From Paraspadella gotoi (taxonomy: Eukaryota; Animalia; Chaetognatha), in contig CM119263.1 of NCBI GenBank assembly GCA_051294375.1, positions 10,373,515 to 10,437,514 on the forward strand: DNA of 64,000 nucleotides. The letters are read 5' to 3'. The notes beneath the pieces are model-generated. The model was not told the origin of the DNA, ran no database searches, and saw only the letters and a program-made list of their open reading frames with translations. The position numbers were made by a program, and so were the translations under genes. This document shows, in pieces, positions 17,027 to 30,266 of the stretch; within the stretch, counting starts at the first letter, position 1; every line of letters begins with the position of its first letter.

Positions 17027-20000
17027 TAAAATGACGACGACTATAATTGTAATGAATTTTAAAAGAGTAAATTAATAAAGAGAATGATTAAAATGAAAAT
17101 CCAAAAAATATTTTGAAACCGGATTCGTTGGTCCTCGTCGTGATTTTTTTCTGATACAAGTAACAAGTAACAAGTTATGACAAGATGTTGATTTGACGAT
17201 GGAAAGTTAATGACCTCGGGATCTCCGAGGGCGCCGTCGCTCCTTGGAATTCGAGAGAAAAAAGCTCGAGGATTCCTGAATCATGACATGAATCACTTTC
17301 ACGCTCTCACGCTCTCATTAACTATTATTTACTATTAACTAAAAGATCCCACTTGAAACCTATACAATTTCTCAACGGTTGTAAGGATTCCATCTTTGCT
17401 TTCTTCCCATCGTGAAAAGTGAGAACAAAAACTGACGATGAATTGATAAATGAAAGAAGACAATACGTTTCTTTCGAACGTTCAAAAATTACGTAATGGA
17501 AAAAGGAAATTAATTTCTTTGAAAATAATAGACTTTTTGATCGAATGACAAGAATATCATGAAGCAACATTGAATCAATAAAAAGAAAGAAAGTAATTTA
17601 TCCATCTATCGACGGATCTCTCTCGTTTATTTGAGGTCGCGATCTCCAACGATAACGTTTGCCTTTTTTTTTCTGGTCCGCTGCCGATTTCGTCGAAGCG
17701 CGTCCCCTTAATTCGATAACCTTCCGCTCGAAAAGGTCAAAACGAGACGCTTAATCTTTATTTATTTATTTATAAATAATTGAATTGCGAAAAAAAAACG
17801 AGGTGTAATTTTTGCTCGAGTTCTTTTTTCCAGTGGGAAAATCATAAATGATTGTTTCGTTCGGGTTCAGGTATTTCGCTGTCTTACTTTTTCCTGCTTA
17901 TTGTTGTCGCTGTTTTTTCGTTAGGTTCTGTTTAAATTTTGTTTTTATGTTGTCGTCTATGTAAAATGAGAGACATAGACATAGCTATTGTATTCTCTCT
18001 ATCTGAACTCATGGAAGTTTCAAAAAGCTGTACCACTGCGCGTTTTCCACGCCAGGAATCAACTAAAAAGACTGGAAAAGACTAATGCCACGCTCTGCGA
18101 AAAATCCTTCAATAAGGCCGTCATATGAGCTGCATCCGTCATAATCAACGCACACCCTCTCCCCTTTCTCCTCTTTCTCCTCCTCCTTTTGGGAGAAAAA
18201 AATAAATAATGACGTCAACGTGTGGCGTCATAATCAGGCGTCGTGTGGAAAATGCATCTGGGAGGCTAAACATGAGTTTCACAATGAACCTCCTTATCAT
18301 TACTTAACCATGAAAACGATTTTAGACTCACCAATAACGGCAGAGATTATTATTCTTTGACGTCGCGCGTTTAGCTCGACTTCACTCCTATTTATCCCCT
18401 CGAGGAAAATGAGATGGTAACATCGACGAGATAATAAATTCTTTTCGAAACAACTTTTTTTTCTTTCTTTTTTTTTTCGCTCTGAGCAACACCTGCTTCT
18501 GCTCGTCCGCCTTTTCCAGCTTAAAAACCCCGACAACCTCACTTTTTCGATTTCACCACCGACTTCTTTTCATCTCACCCCAACTGCTTTTTCTTTCAGC
18601 TTATCTCTCAGCGGATTTTGACTTACTTTTGACTCACCTCGCTGATCTGTATTTTGAAATTTCATACCCAAATATTAGAGGTGAAAAAACTTTCTTCACC
18701 ATTTACCGACTTCCGGTTCGCCAATCGACGCTTGCGTCCATCGAGATTTGCATGTGCGGTGCATGTATGTCGATCTGCGCGCGCGTGGATCCATCCGCGT
18801 TCGTATGGCTCTATCTTTCTCTCTCNNNNNNNNNNNNNNNNNNNNNNNNNNNNNNNNNNNNNNNNNNNNNNNNNNNNNNNNNNNNNNNNNNNNNNNNNNN
18901 NNNNNNNNNNNNNNNNNNNNNNNNNNNNNNNNNNNNNNNNNNNNNNNNNNNNNNNNNNNNNNNNNNNNNNNNNNNNNNNNNNNNNNNNNNNNNNNNNNNN
19001 NNNNNNNNNNNNNNNNNNNNNNNNNNNNNNNNNNNNNNNNNNNNNNNNNNNNNNNNNNNNNNNNNNNNNNNNNNNNNNNNNNNNNNNNNNNNNNNNNNNN
19101 NNNNNNNNNNNNNNNNNNNNNNNNNNNNNNNNNNNNNNNNNNNNNNNNNNNNNNNNNNNNNNNNNNNNNNNNNNNNNNNNNNNNNNNNNNNNNNNNNNNN
19201 NNNNNNNNNNNNNNNNNNNNNNNNNNNNNNNNNNNNNNNNNNNNNNNNNNNNNNNNNNNNNNNNNNNNNNNNNNNNNNNNNNNNNNNAAAAGACGAGGCA
19301 AGGTAATAGGCATCATGTCTTTTTTCTTATCAGTCCATTTTCCTTTATTCACGGAAGGTAGTTGCTTTCTCAAAAAAAACCGGAGGGAAACTACCACGAC
19401 GACGATGAAGACGACGATGACGACGACGACGACGTTAAAGAATTTAAGTAATATTTATTGAATCTCTGGAAAGCTCGAGGCGTTGCCGAGGCGACGATAA
19501 AAATTCTTAAAATTTAACTAATTTTTTTTTTCGTTTTGAAAAATTCAAGAAAAAAAATTAAGAGGGAAGGCTCATTAGGAATCTTTTTTTTTTTAAATTC
19601 AGTCAAAGGAGCTTCGTTACCTTCCCTAAGGGCATATAAAAGGAAAGACAATTTACAACGATTAATATTTAGTGGAGTCATTGGAATGACAGGAGCATCG
19701 CTCCTTTTCCCCTCTCAATGATCTCGGCTGGAGTCGCTCCTCAATCGCACCGACGATTCGCCCTCCCGCGACGAAGAACAAAAACATTCAGGGTAAATCG
19801 GACGTCAGTTAGAGAGAGAGAGAGACGAAGCGTCGTCGTCGTCGTCGTCGTTCAACACCACCACCACCCCCAACGCCACCCNNNNNNNNNNNNNNNNNNN
19901 NNNNNNNNNNNNNNNNNNNNNNNNNNNNNNNNNNNNNNNNNNNNNNNNNNNNNNNNNNNNNNNNNNNNNNNNNNNNNNNNNNNNNNNNNNNNNNNNNNNN

Positions 20001-20107
20001 NNNNNNNNNNNNNNNNNNNNNNNNNNNNNNNNNNNNNNNNNNNNNNNNNNNNNNNNNNNNNNNNNNNNNNNNNNNNNNNNNNNNNNNNNNNNNNNNNNNN
20101 NNNNNNN

Positions 20108-20246
20108 GGGGGGGGGCTGAGTCTGTGTTGGCTAATAGATTAATTGATTAATTAATTAATTAATTAATAGATAAATTGATTAATTTGTTGACGTTGCGGG
20201 GGACTTGGAGAGGGGGGGGGGGCTGAGTCTGTGTTGGCTAATAGAT
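20108..20246 (+). repeat. ~106-bp tandem duplication with poly-G and (TTAA)n core
   Basis: ggctgagtctgtgttggctaatagat at 20115 and 20221. The same duplication is visible in the inverted arm at ~24885-25045. Confidence 0.8.
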
Positions 20247-20808
20247 TCCCGGCAGAGAAAAATTAGTTATGCCTACGACGACGACGACGACGAAGATAAC
20301 GACGACGACGACGACAACCAAGGTGATTGCGTTCGGATTTCTGAGTTACGCTGTAGGATCCGACGAAAAGCGGATGAAGGGGAAAAACCACTGCATGAAT
20401 CAGTTTGAAACGAAGGTCCAAATGTAATAGAATAAAGATAAACGGACAAATTCATTGTCAAATAAATCTTTCTATGTTGGATGGCCGTCGATCAATCAAT
20501 AATAATCATATACAGCCTTCACTAGGGGGCGTTGCTGACCGTTCTCGTACTTTTTACGACACGTTACGCGACTTTTTATGTAAACAAACAAAATAAGAGT
20601 CGGCAGCAGCGACGATGTCTGAGGCTGTTACTGCTTCGTCATTGTACTGTGTTTTTTTCGCCTTCCGAAATCCATCAATTAAATAATTATATTATTCAGG
20701 CGAGAGACCAAAGGATCGTACATCATATTAGAAGCCCGTTTGCCCGTGGCCAGAAAGAGAGAAGATCTCTTAACAGCCGATTCTAATAATAGAAGGAAAC
20801 GAGAGGGA

Positions 20809-22263
20809 GCAGAGGGGGAGAAGAAGGGATGAGGGAGGGATCTGAGATTAGGGAGGAGAGGAGAGAGAGATGAGAGAGAGAGGAGAGAGCAGAGACGAGA
20901 AGAGAGAGAGAAGAGAGTAGAAGAGAGAATGAAATATATATATATATAAGTTATATATATATTGTGGTGCTTAGAACATTACAGGCGAGATGGTAAAAGG
21001 CCGGATAGAGGGCAATGTAAAGCCAAACGAAGCAAGAATGAGATTGGGTATGTTCATTTTATACTTCTCCATTTCTCCTCTCCTCTCATCGTCTCATCTC
21101 TCATCTTTCTCTCCTCTTCTCTCTTGTCTCTCATCTCTTATCGAAGTCATGATCATTACATCCTTTCTTTCATTGTCGCGTTTCCCACTAAGGTTCTCCT
21201 GAAGAGGTCAACCGATTTGCGTTTATTGTTTTGTTCACAATAGTTGGTTTATACAAGTATTTTACCAAAACGATTTTCATCACGATAGTATGTGCTGCAT
21301 TTATTAGCTATTAAATCAACGTACAATTTGTCTCTTTTTTGGACGCGTTATAACTCGATTTAATTGTAAATTACATAAGTAATTTAAACAGTTATACCAT
21401 TTTGTCATTGTGGTTAGATTATAAGGTTTTGCAATATTACTTGTTTACAAGCCCTAAAAGTTGCGTGACCGATTTCTGTCAACGTCAGTGACCTCTGGGA
21501 TGATGAGAGAAGTAGATGAGAGAGACGAGAGTAGAGAGAGAGAGAGCGAGAGAGAGAAGGAAGAGAGAGAGGAAGAGAGAGCAGAGAGAGAGAGAAGAGA
21601 GAGAGATTAACGCGACAGCAATATCTGCCTACCCCTCATTTCCGCTCAATACCTTTCGAAAGGGGAAGTTACGTAGGTTTACCGGATATAAATTTACGAA
21701 AACTGGAAAGGTCCTACGTAGCAAAAGATCGCAAGAATCCGGCCCTATCTCTTTCTGCCCCTCAATCGTCAGCACGGTACCAATCCGCCATTTTGCCATT
21801 GTTTAACCATCCGCGTTGTTGCCATCCGCTCTCCAGTCCTCGTTTCTTCGGCCCGCCTTCAAGCAATCTAAAGATCCTTATTACTGCCTTTTTTTCATCA
21901 TCCTCGTTGTTTCCATCTCTTACGCCGGGATTCCTCCATTCACTTCCTCTCACAGTATCTCCGAATCTGACTCTCTGTTCTCTTCATCCAACTTCGCGCT
22001 CCCTCCTCACGCGCTCCTCACACTCTCCCCCGGATATCTTCTCTCCCCTCTGCTCCAACTTCCATGTCATTCCCACCGTCGCGGTCAAAAGAGTTGCTAT
22101 AGTTTGCTCCGGAGATATGGTTTGGCTTTATACGGCATATATGGACTCATCTCTCATCTCTCTCTCTCTCTGGCTCTCAGTCTCGGTATGGCTCATCTTC
22201 TCGTCTTCTTCCTTCTCTCTCCGCGTCAGCATCTCTCTTCGTGCTCTCGCCGCCTTTCTGCTC
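20809..22263 (+). repeat. ~1.45 kb direct repeat, copy 1 (spacer of the inverted duplication)
   Basis: Colinear with 22289-23731: both begin gcagagggg...gggatgagggagggatctgagat and end ctttctgctc. Many scattered indels. Confidence 0.9.
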
Positions 22264-22288
22264 NNNNNNNNNNNNNNNNNNNNNNNNN
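22264..22288. other. 25-N assembly gap between overlapping flanks
   Basis: Exactly 25 N, flanked by two noisy versions of the same 1.45 kb sequence. Confidence 0.95.
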
Positions 22289-22367
22289 GCAGAGGGGAAG
22301 AGGGAGAAGAGGGATGAGGGAGGGATCTGAGATAGGGACAGGGAGAGAGAGAGAGATGGAGAGGAAG

Positions 22368-22406
<39 letters not shown>

Positions 22407-23731
22407 TGAGAGGATATATATATATATAAGTAATATATATATTGTGGTGCTTAGAACATTACAGCGAGATGGTAAAATGGCGGATAGAGGGCATGGTAAC
22501 CAAACGAGCAAAATGAGATTGGAGTATTTCAATTTTATATCTTCTCCATTTCTCCTCTCTCTCATCGTCTCATCTCTCTCTTCTCTCTCCTCTCCTCTCT
22601 CTTCTCTCTCTCTCTTATCAAGATTTCATTATCTCCTTTCTTTCATTGTCCGTTTTCCACTAAGGTTCTCCTGAAGAGGTCAACCGATGTCTGCGTTTAT
22701 TGGTTTTGTGTCACAATAGTTGGTTTTACAAGTATTTTACCAAAAACTTTTCATCAATAGTTGTGCTGCATTATTACTATTAATCACGTACAATTTTGTG
22801 CTCTTTTTTGACGGGGCGGTTATAACTCGATTTAATTGTAAATTACATAAGTAATTTAAAACAGTTATACCACTTTTCATTGTTGGTAGATTATAAGGTT
22901 TTGCAATTTACTTGTTTACAAGCCCATAAAAGTTGGCGTGACCGTTTCCTGTCAACGTCAGTGACCATCGGGGATAGGAGAGAGAAGAGAGTAGAGAGAG
23001 ACAGAGAGTAGAGAGAGGAGAGAGACGAGAGGAAAGGAGAGAGAGAAGAGGAGAGCAGAGAGGATGAGATGAAGCAGAGAGAGATAACGCGACAGCATTA
23101 TGCCTACCCTCTCATTTCCGCTCATACTCTTTCGAAGGGGAAGTTGTAGGATTACCAGGAATAAATTTACGAGAAGCGGAAGAGGATCCTACCTACACGA
23201 TACGCAAAGATCGGCCCTATCTCTTTCTGCCCTCATTACGTCAGCACGGTACCATCGCCATTTTGCCTTTGTTTAACCATGCCGGCGTTGTTGCCTAATC
23301 CGCACCTACCAGTCTCGTTTCTTCGCCCGCCTTCAAGCAATCTAAAATCCTTATTACGTGCCTTTTTTTTGCATCATCTCGTTGTTTCCATCTCTTACGC
23401 CGCGATCCTCCATTCTTCCTCTGCACACTACGTCAATCTGACTCTCTGTTCTCTTCATCCACTTCGCGCTCCCTCCTCACGCCTCCTCACACTCCTCCCC
23501 CGCGATATCTTCTCTCCCCCTCTGCTTCCAACTTCCATGTCATCCCCCCGTCCGCGTTCAAAGAGTTGCTATGATTTGGCTCCGGGAGATATGGTTTGCT
23601 TTATGCGCCAATTTGGACTCATCTGCTCATTCCTCTCTCTCTCTCTCCGTCTCGGTATGCTCATCTTCTCGTCTCTCTCTCTTTCTCTCCCGTCGCATCT
23701 CTCTATCTCTCTCCTCCGCCCCTTTCTGCTC
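22289..23731 (+). repeat. ~1.45 kb direct repeat, copy 2
   Basis: Noisy direct copy of 20809-22263 that runs straight into the inverted arm. Confidence 0.9.
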
Positions 23732-24320
23732 GGCCACGGGCAAACGGGCCTTCTAATATTGATCGTAGCGATCCTTTGGTCTCTCGCCTGAAATAATATA
23801 ACGTGTAGTTTAATTGATGGATTTCGGAAGTATGAAAAAAAAGCAGAGTAACAATGACGAAGCAGATAAGAGCCTCAGACATCGTCCAGCTGCTGTCGTC
23901 GCTGACTACCTATTTTGTTTGTTTATCACATAAAAAGTGTCGCGTAACCGTTGTCGTAAAAAGTACACCGAAAGGTCAGCAACGTCGACCCCTATGATGA
24001 ATGGCTGTATAATGATTATTATTGATTTTGATCCGACGGCGCACTCCAACATAGTAAAGATTTATTTGAGCAGATGAAATTTGGTCCGTGTACTTTATTA
24101 TTCTATTACATTTGACCTTACGTTTCAAATTGATATCATGCAGTGTTTGTCCGCCTTCATCCGTCTTTTCGTGTCGGATCCAAACAGCCGTAAAACTCAG
24201 AAAATCGCGAACGGCAATCACCGATTGGTTGTTCCGTCGTCGTCGTCGTTATCATCGTCGTCGTCGTCGTCGTAGCATAACTCATATTTTTCTCTGCCGG
24301 GAATCTATTAGCCAGACGAC

Positions 24321-24883
24321 AGTCGTTCTCATGAGCTCGATTAGCGAGGCCGCTGTGATATATTTCCTGTCAATCCACCCCTACTAAGCTCATATAGTGT
24401 TAGTCGTTTTCATGGCTCGAATAGCGAGGCCCGTAGACTGTGAAGGTATTTTTCACGTCAATCCACCCTAGACTAAGCTCATATATGTTGTAGTCGCGTA
24501 TCTGCTCGATAGCGACGGCCGTGTGATAATTTTCCGTCATCCACCCCTACTAAGCTCATATAGTTGTAGTCGTTCTGGCTCGATAAGCAGAGCTCACTTG
24601 ATATTTTGCCGTCAGTCAGCGCCTACTAAAGCTCACTATAGTGTTAGGCTCGTACTGGCTCGATAGCGAGGCGCCTCGGCTGTTGATATTTCCGTCATCC
24701 ACCTACATACTAAGCTCATCATAGTGTAGTCGTTCTGGCTCGATAAGCGAGGCCCCTGTGATAATGTTTCCGTCATCGCACCCGCTACTAAGCTCATATA
24801 GTGTAAGTACGTTCTGGCTGCCGATAGCGGAGGCCCTGTGATGTAGTTTTTCCGTGCTCCACCCTACTAAAGCTCATATAGTG
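24321..24883 (+). repeat. Tandem array of 7 noisy copies of a ~71-nt unit
   Basis: ctaa(a)gctca recurs seven times. Hand consensus: TGTAGTCGTTCTGGCTCGATAGCGAGGCCCTGTGATATTTTCCGTCATCCACCCCTACTAAGCTCATATAG. Confidence 0.92.
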
Positions 24884-25778
24884 GCCCCCACCCCTCATCC
24901 AAGTCCCCCGCAACGTCAACAAATTAATACCATTTATCTATTAAATTAATTTAATTAATCTAATAATTACATCTATTAGCCAACACAGAGCTCAGCCCCC
25001 CCCCTCTCCAAGTCCCCGACGTCAACAAAATTAATCAATATTATCAGTTTAGTAATTAGGACTTGAAATTCAACTCGAGTTGGAAAGTATCGAGGTGGTT
25101 GGTGTGGAGTTGGGGGTGGGTCGGTGGTCGTCTGAACGACGACCAGACGAGCGACGACGCTTCGTCTCTCTCTCTCTCTTAAGCATGACGTGCCGATTAT
25201 ACCGCTGAATGTTTTTGTTCTCGTTCGTCGCTGGGCACGGGCGAATCGTCGGTGCGGATGATTGAGGAGCGACTCCGCCGAGATCTCATTGAGAGGGGAA
25301 AAGGAGCGATGCTCTGTCATTCCAATGACTCCACTAAATATTAATCGTTGTAAATTGTCTTTCTTTATATGCCCTAACGGGAAAGGTAACGAAGCTCCTT
25401 TGACTGAATTTAAAAAAAAAAAGATTCCTAATGAGCCTTCCCTCTTAATTTTTTTCTTGAATTTTTTCAAAACGAAAAAAAAAAAATTAGTTAACATTTT
25501 AAGAATTTTTATCGTTCGCCCTCGGCACGCCTCGAGCCTTTTCCAAGAGATTCCAATGATTATAAATCAAACATTTACCTTAACATTCGTTCTAACGTCG
25601 TCGATCTCGTGTCGTCTCGTCGTTCTTCATCGTCGTTTCGTCGTCGTGGTAGTTTCCCTCCGGTTTTTTTTTTCGAGAAAGCAACTACCTTCCGTGAATA
25701 AAGGAAAATGGACTGATAAGAAAAAAGACATTGATGCCTATTACCTGGCCCGATCTCCGTCTTTTTCAATCTTTTTAC

Positions 25779-25871
<93 letters not shown>

Positions 25872-25980
25872 CGTAGGTCGTTGATCTTTTCCCGCCTTTC
25901 CTTGAATATCTTAAATTCCTGCAGCAATCGACCGTCATGGGTTTACGAACTTTTGTTCCTTTGGAGCAGAAAGACGCGTG

Positions 25981-26056
<76 letters not shown>

Positions 26057-27849
26057 GAGAGAGAAAGAGAGAGAAAGATAGAAGCCATACGAACGCGGAT
26101 GGATCCACGCGCGCGCAGATCGACATACATGCACCACCGCCACATGCAATCTCGATGGACGCAAGCGTCGATTGGCGAACCGGAAGTCGGTAAATGGTGA
26201 AGAAAGTTTTTCACCTCTAATATTTGGGTATTGAAAATTTCAAAATACAGATCAGCGAGGTGAGTCAAAAGTAAGTCAAAATCGCTGAGAGATAAGCTGA
26301 AAGAAAAAAGCAGTTGGGGTGAGATGAAAAGAAGTCGGTGGTGAAATCGAAAAAGTGAGGTTGTCGGGGGTTTTAAGCTGGAAAAGCGGAACGAGCAGAA
26401 GCAGGTGTTGCTCAGAGCGAAAAAAAAAAGAAAGAAAAAAAGTTGTTTCGAAAAGAATTTATTATCTCGTCGATGTTACCAATCTCATTTTCCTCGAGGG
26501 GATAAATAGGAGTGAAGTCGAGCTAATACGCGCGACGTCAAATGAATATATCTCTGCCGTATATTGGTGAGTCTAAAATCGTTTCATGGTTAAAGTAATG
26601 ATAAGGAGGTTTCATTGTGAAACTCATGTTTAGCTCCCAGATGCATTTTCACACGACGCCTGATTATGTACGCACACGTTGACCGCATTATTTATTTTTT
26701 TCTCCAAAAGGAGGAGGAGAAAGAGAGAAGGGAGAGGGTGTGCTTGATTATGGACGGATGAGCTCATATGGACGGCCTTATTGAAGGTTTTCTCGCAGAG
26801 GTGGCATTAGTCTTTCCAGTCTTTTAGTGATTCCTGGCGTAAAACGCGCAGTGGTACAGCTTTTTGAAACTTCATGAGCTAGATAGAGAGAATACAATAG
26901 CTATGTCTATGCTCTCATTTACATAGACGACAACATAAAAACAAATTGTAAACAGAACCTAATCGAAAAAACAGCGACAACAATAAGCAGGAAAAGTAAG
27001 ACAGCGAAATACCTGAACCGAACGAAACAATCATTTATGATTTCCCACTGGAGAAAAGAACTCGAGCAAAAATTACACTCGTTTTTTTTTCGCAATTCAA
27101 TTATTTATAAATAAATAAATAAAGAGAAGCGTCTCGTTTTGACCTTTTCGAGCGGAAGGTTATCGAATTAAGGGGACCGCTTCGACGAAATAGCAGCGGA
27201 CCAGAAAAAAAAAAAGCAAACGTCATCGTTGGCGATGCGACCTCAATAAACGAGAGAGATCCGTCGATAGATGGATAAAAATTACTTTTCTTTCTTTTTA
27301 TGATTTCAATGTTGCTTCATGATATTCTTGTATTCGATCAAAAAGTCTATTATTTTCAAAGAAATTAATTCCTTTTTCCATTACGTAATTTTTGAACGTT
27401 TTCGAAAGAAGACGTATGTCTCTTTCATTTATCAATTCATCGTCAGTTTTTGTTCTCACTTTTCACGATGGGAAGAAGCAAAGATGGATCCTTACAACCG
27501 TTGAGAAATTGTATAGGTTTCAAGTGGGATCTTTTAGTTAATAGTAAATAATAGTTAATGAGAGCGTGAGAGCGTGAAAGTGATCATGTCATGATTCAGG
27601 AATCCTCGAGTTTTTTCTCTCGAATTCCAAGGAGCGACGGCGCCCTCGGAGATCCGAGGTCATTAACTTTCATCGTCAAATCAACATCTTGTCATAATTG
27701 TTACTTGTTACTTGTATCAGAAAGAATCACGACGAGGACCAACGAATCCGGTTTAAAATATTTTTGGATTTTCATTTTAATCATTCTTCCTTTATTAATA
27801 TACTATTTTAAATTCATTACAATGATAGTCGTTCGTCATTTTAGTCTAA

Positions 27850-27850
<1 letters not shown>

Positions 27851-27900
<50 letters not shown>

Positions 27901-27928
27901 AGTCGTCGTCGTCGTCGTAGTCGCCGTC
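27851..27928. repeat. (GTC)n microsatellite
   Basis: Near-perfect gtc run; corresponds to the gap edge at ~16995 in the left arm. Confidence 0.9.
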
Positions 27929-28004
27929 GAAGTAAACCTCTTTTACTCAGTCCCTTGAAACACTGTATCGGTTCCCCTCCCTTCTTCGCCGGAGGCAAGG
28001 CGGG

Positions 28005-28054
<50 letters not shown>

Positions 28055-28082
28055 TCTCTACTCTCTCTCTCTTCTCTCTCCT

Positions 28083-28141
<59 letters not shown>

Positions 28142-28258
28142 CCTTAGAACTCCATCTCTGTTTTAGCATAATTATATGAAGATTGGAAAGGGTTAAGCCG
28201 CCGCCTCTTCCTGGCTTCGGACCGAGCCCGGCCTAGAATCTATCTCTCTCTCTTTCTC

Positions 28259-28322
<64 letters not shown>

Positions 28323-29610
28323 CCTGTTTACTCACTCGCTAACTCCATCACACTGACATATTACGTCATATCAGCTGTAAAGCCGCAACGAATGTATATA
28401 CATATTTTTTTAAGCTGAATTTTTATTCGTTATGAAAGTAAACCGCTACTAGATATTCCATTCTCACGTTTTTCTTTTTTCTCTCTTGTGATTCCTTTCT
28501 TTCTACCCCCAGATTCCATCTTATTCGCGACCCTTTCGAGGACGTCGCGGACTCCGTTCCAACCCCCCCCCCACACGTGCGTCGTCATCATCGCCTGTTG
28601 TCATCAGTACGCGTTTGCGGGCCGCCAATTAGACGTCGCGACGACCACGCCCCGAAATCTGGGACGAGGCGAAAATTGACGGCCGGATTCGGCGGGGAGG
28701 AAGAGGAATAAAATGACAGTCGTTGGCATGGGAGACATGGAGACATGGAGGGTAAAAACAGGGAAGGAATACGTTGATCCGATGCGGGGGGTATATTAAG
28801 ACTATTAATACTATTGATACTATTTATACTGTTTAAGAGATAAAGCGGCAACGAAAAATACAGAGAATTCAGAGAATTGAAAAAGTAAGTTAGGGTGAGA
28901 GAGATTTTGGGGGAAAGAGAGGGTAGGGAAAGGCGAGGTGAGAGAGAATGTAGCGCTCGATGGAAGAATTTAGCCTTCTGGGACAAAGAGTAACACTAAC
29001 CGGCGCTTCAAGTGCGCACGATGAAAACTTGTGACGCTGATTTGATTTTTTGACGCAGGTCGCGGGGGTTAATTATTTTACACGGGCTGAAATATGTGGT
29101 CGCGAGTCGAAATCTTGTGACGCAGCTTAAAATTCCGGTGTGACGCAGGTTAGAAAAGGAAACGCCCTGGAGTCAAGTGAAACGCTGAAATGTTAATGGA
29201 ATACAATACTAATCCATTATTCAGTACGCAGATGTCAGAGGGAATGGTATAGTAAAATAAAAACGAATACGATAAAAATGCTTAAAATTATTTACTCATA
29301 GCTGAGCCAACAAAAAATATGGATATTTAATTTTATACAGTCATTACTGCTTTTCCAGAAAAGCTGCGCAAATCATTAAAATCAAAAAGCTATAAAATTA
29401 CAGAAAACAAAATTGCCTTAAAAAAAAAAAAAAGACTAATTCGCTTTTCGCAGTTGGAATTTCGCGGAATAAAATCTCGATGCTCGTGAATCTGCTACAA
29501 AGTTATTTTACTGTTCTCGAGTTTTCTGGTTTTGGAAGAGAAAGAGAATGAAGCGAGATGGAATATGCCGGTTGGGAGAGGGAGAGAGAGAGGAAAGGGA
29601 GAGAGGGAGA

Positions 29611-29651
<41 letters not shown>

Positions 29652-29932
29652 AGACACCCTCTCGTTCTCTTTCTCACTCCCTCTCTTTTTTTTTCCTCTG
29701 TGCATTTTTCACAACAATTCTTGAATTTTAATCCAGAAACGTGTTTTCTTTAAATTTCGAATTTTAAAAATAAAAAAATTCCTAAGTCCCCAGTCCAGAC
29801 CAAAAAGAATTGAAAAAAGAAATAAATAATTTTCTGGGCCTTTAATGAAAGTATTAATTGAAAACAAATTAGTTGTAACAAAGAAAAAAAAAGGCGTTTA
29901 TTTTTTTTTTAAACCTTCGACACATCTACGTA

Positions 29933-29996
<64 letters not shown>

Positions 29997-30235
29997 TCTC
30001 TCTCTCTCTCCCTCTCTCTCTTTCTTCGTTAAATACATTTCTGTCTTTTTCTCTCTCCCTCATTTTTTGATGGGTTTATAGGCCAAACAAAAAGAAAGAT
30101 TCCCCGTTTTCATTGAGAAGTAAAAACGCCTCCAGTGGTTTTTAGTTTCTAATGGTAAACAATGCTCACACTCGACAAAGTTCCGTTTAACTGTCTGTCA
30201 TTGCTTTCGTTTCTGTTACTTACCTCTCTCTCTCC

Positions 30236-30266
<31 letters not shown>

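Larger units (their letters stand above)
13386..20757 (+). repeat. Large inverted duplication, left arm (contains six N-gaps)
   Basis: Reverse complement of ~23725-31272. Examples: 13386 cgctggcagaagaatcaaataaaag vs 31248-31271 ttttatttgattcttctgccagcg; 20731-20751 gaagcccgtttgcccgtggcc vs ~23732 ggccacgggcaaacgggccttc. Confidence 0.95.

Noticed and set aside
13061-20143. Long ORFs containing X runs
   Set aside because: Artefacts of translating N gaps.
20753-20770. gaaagagagaagatctct at the fold-back junction resembling a SMRTbell adapter end
   Set aside because: The diagnostic adapter loop sequence is absent and AG-rich matches are ubiquitous here.
24321-24883. CRISPR array (regular repeats at ~75-90 bp spacing)
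   Set aside because: The whole unit repeats, so there are no unique spacers; there are no cas genes and the context is eukaryotic.
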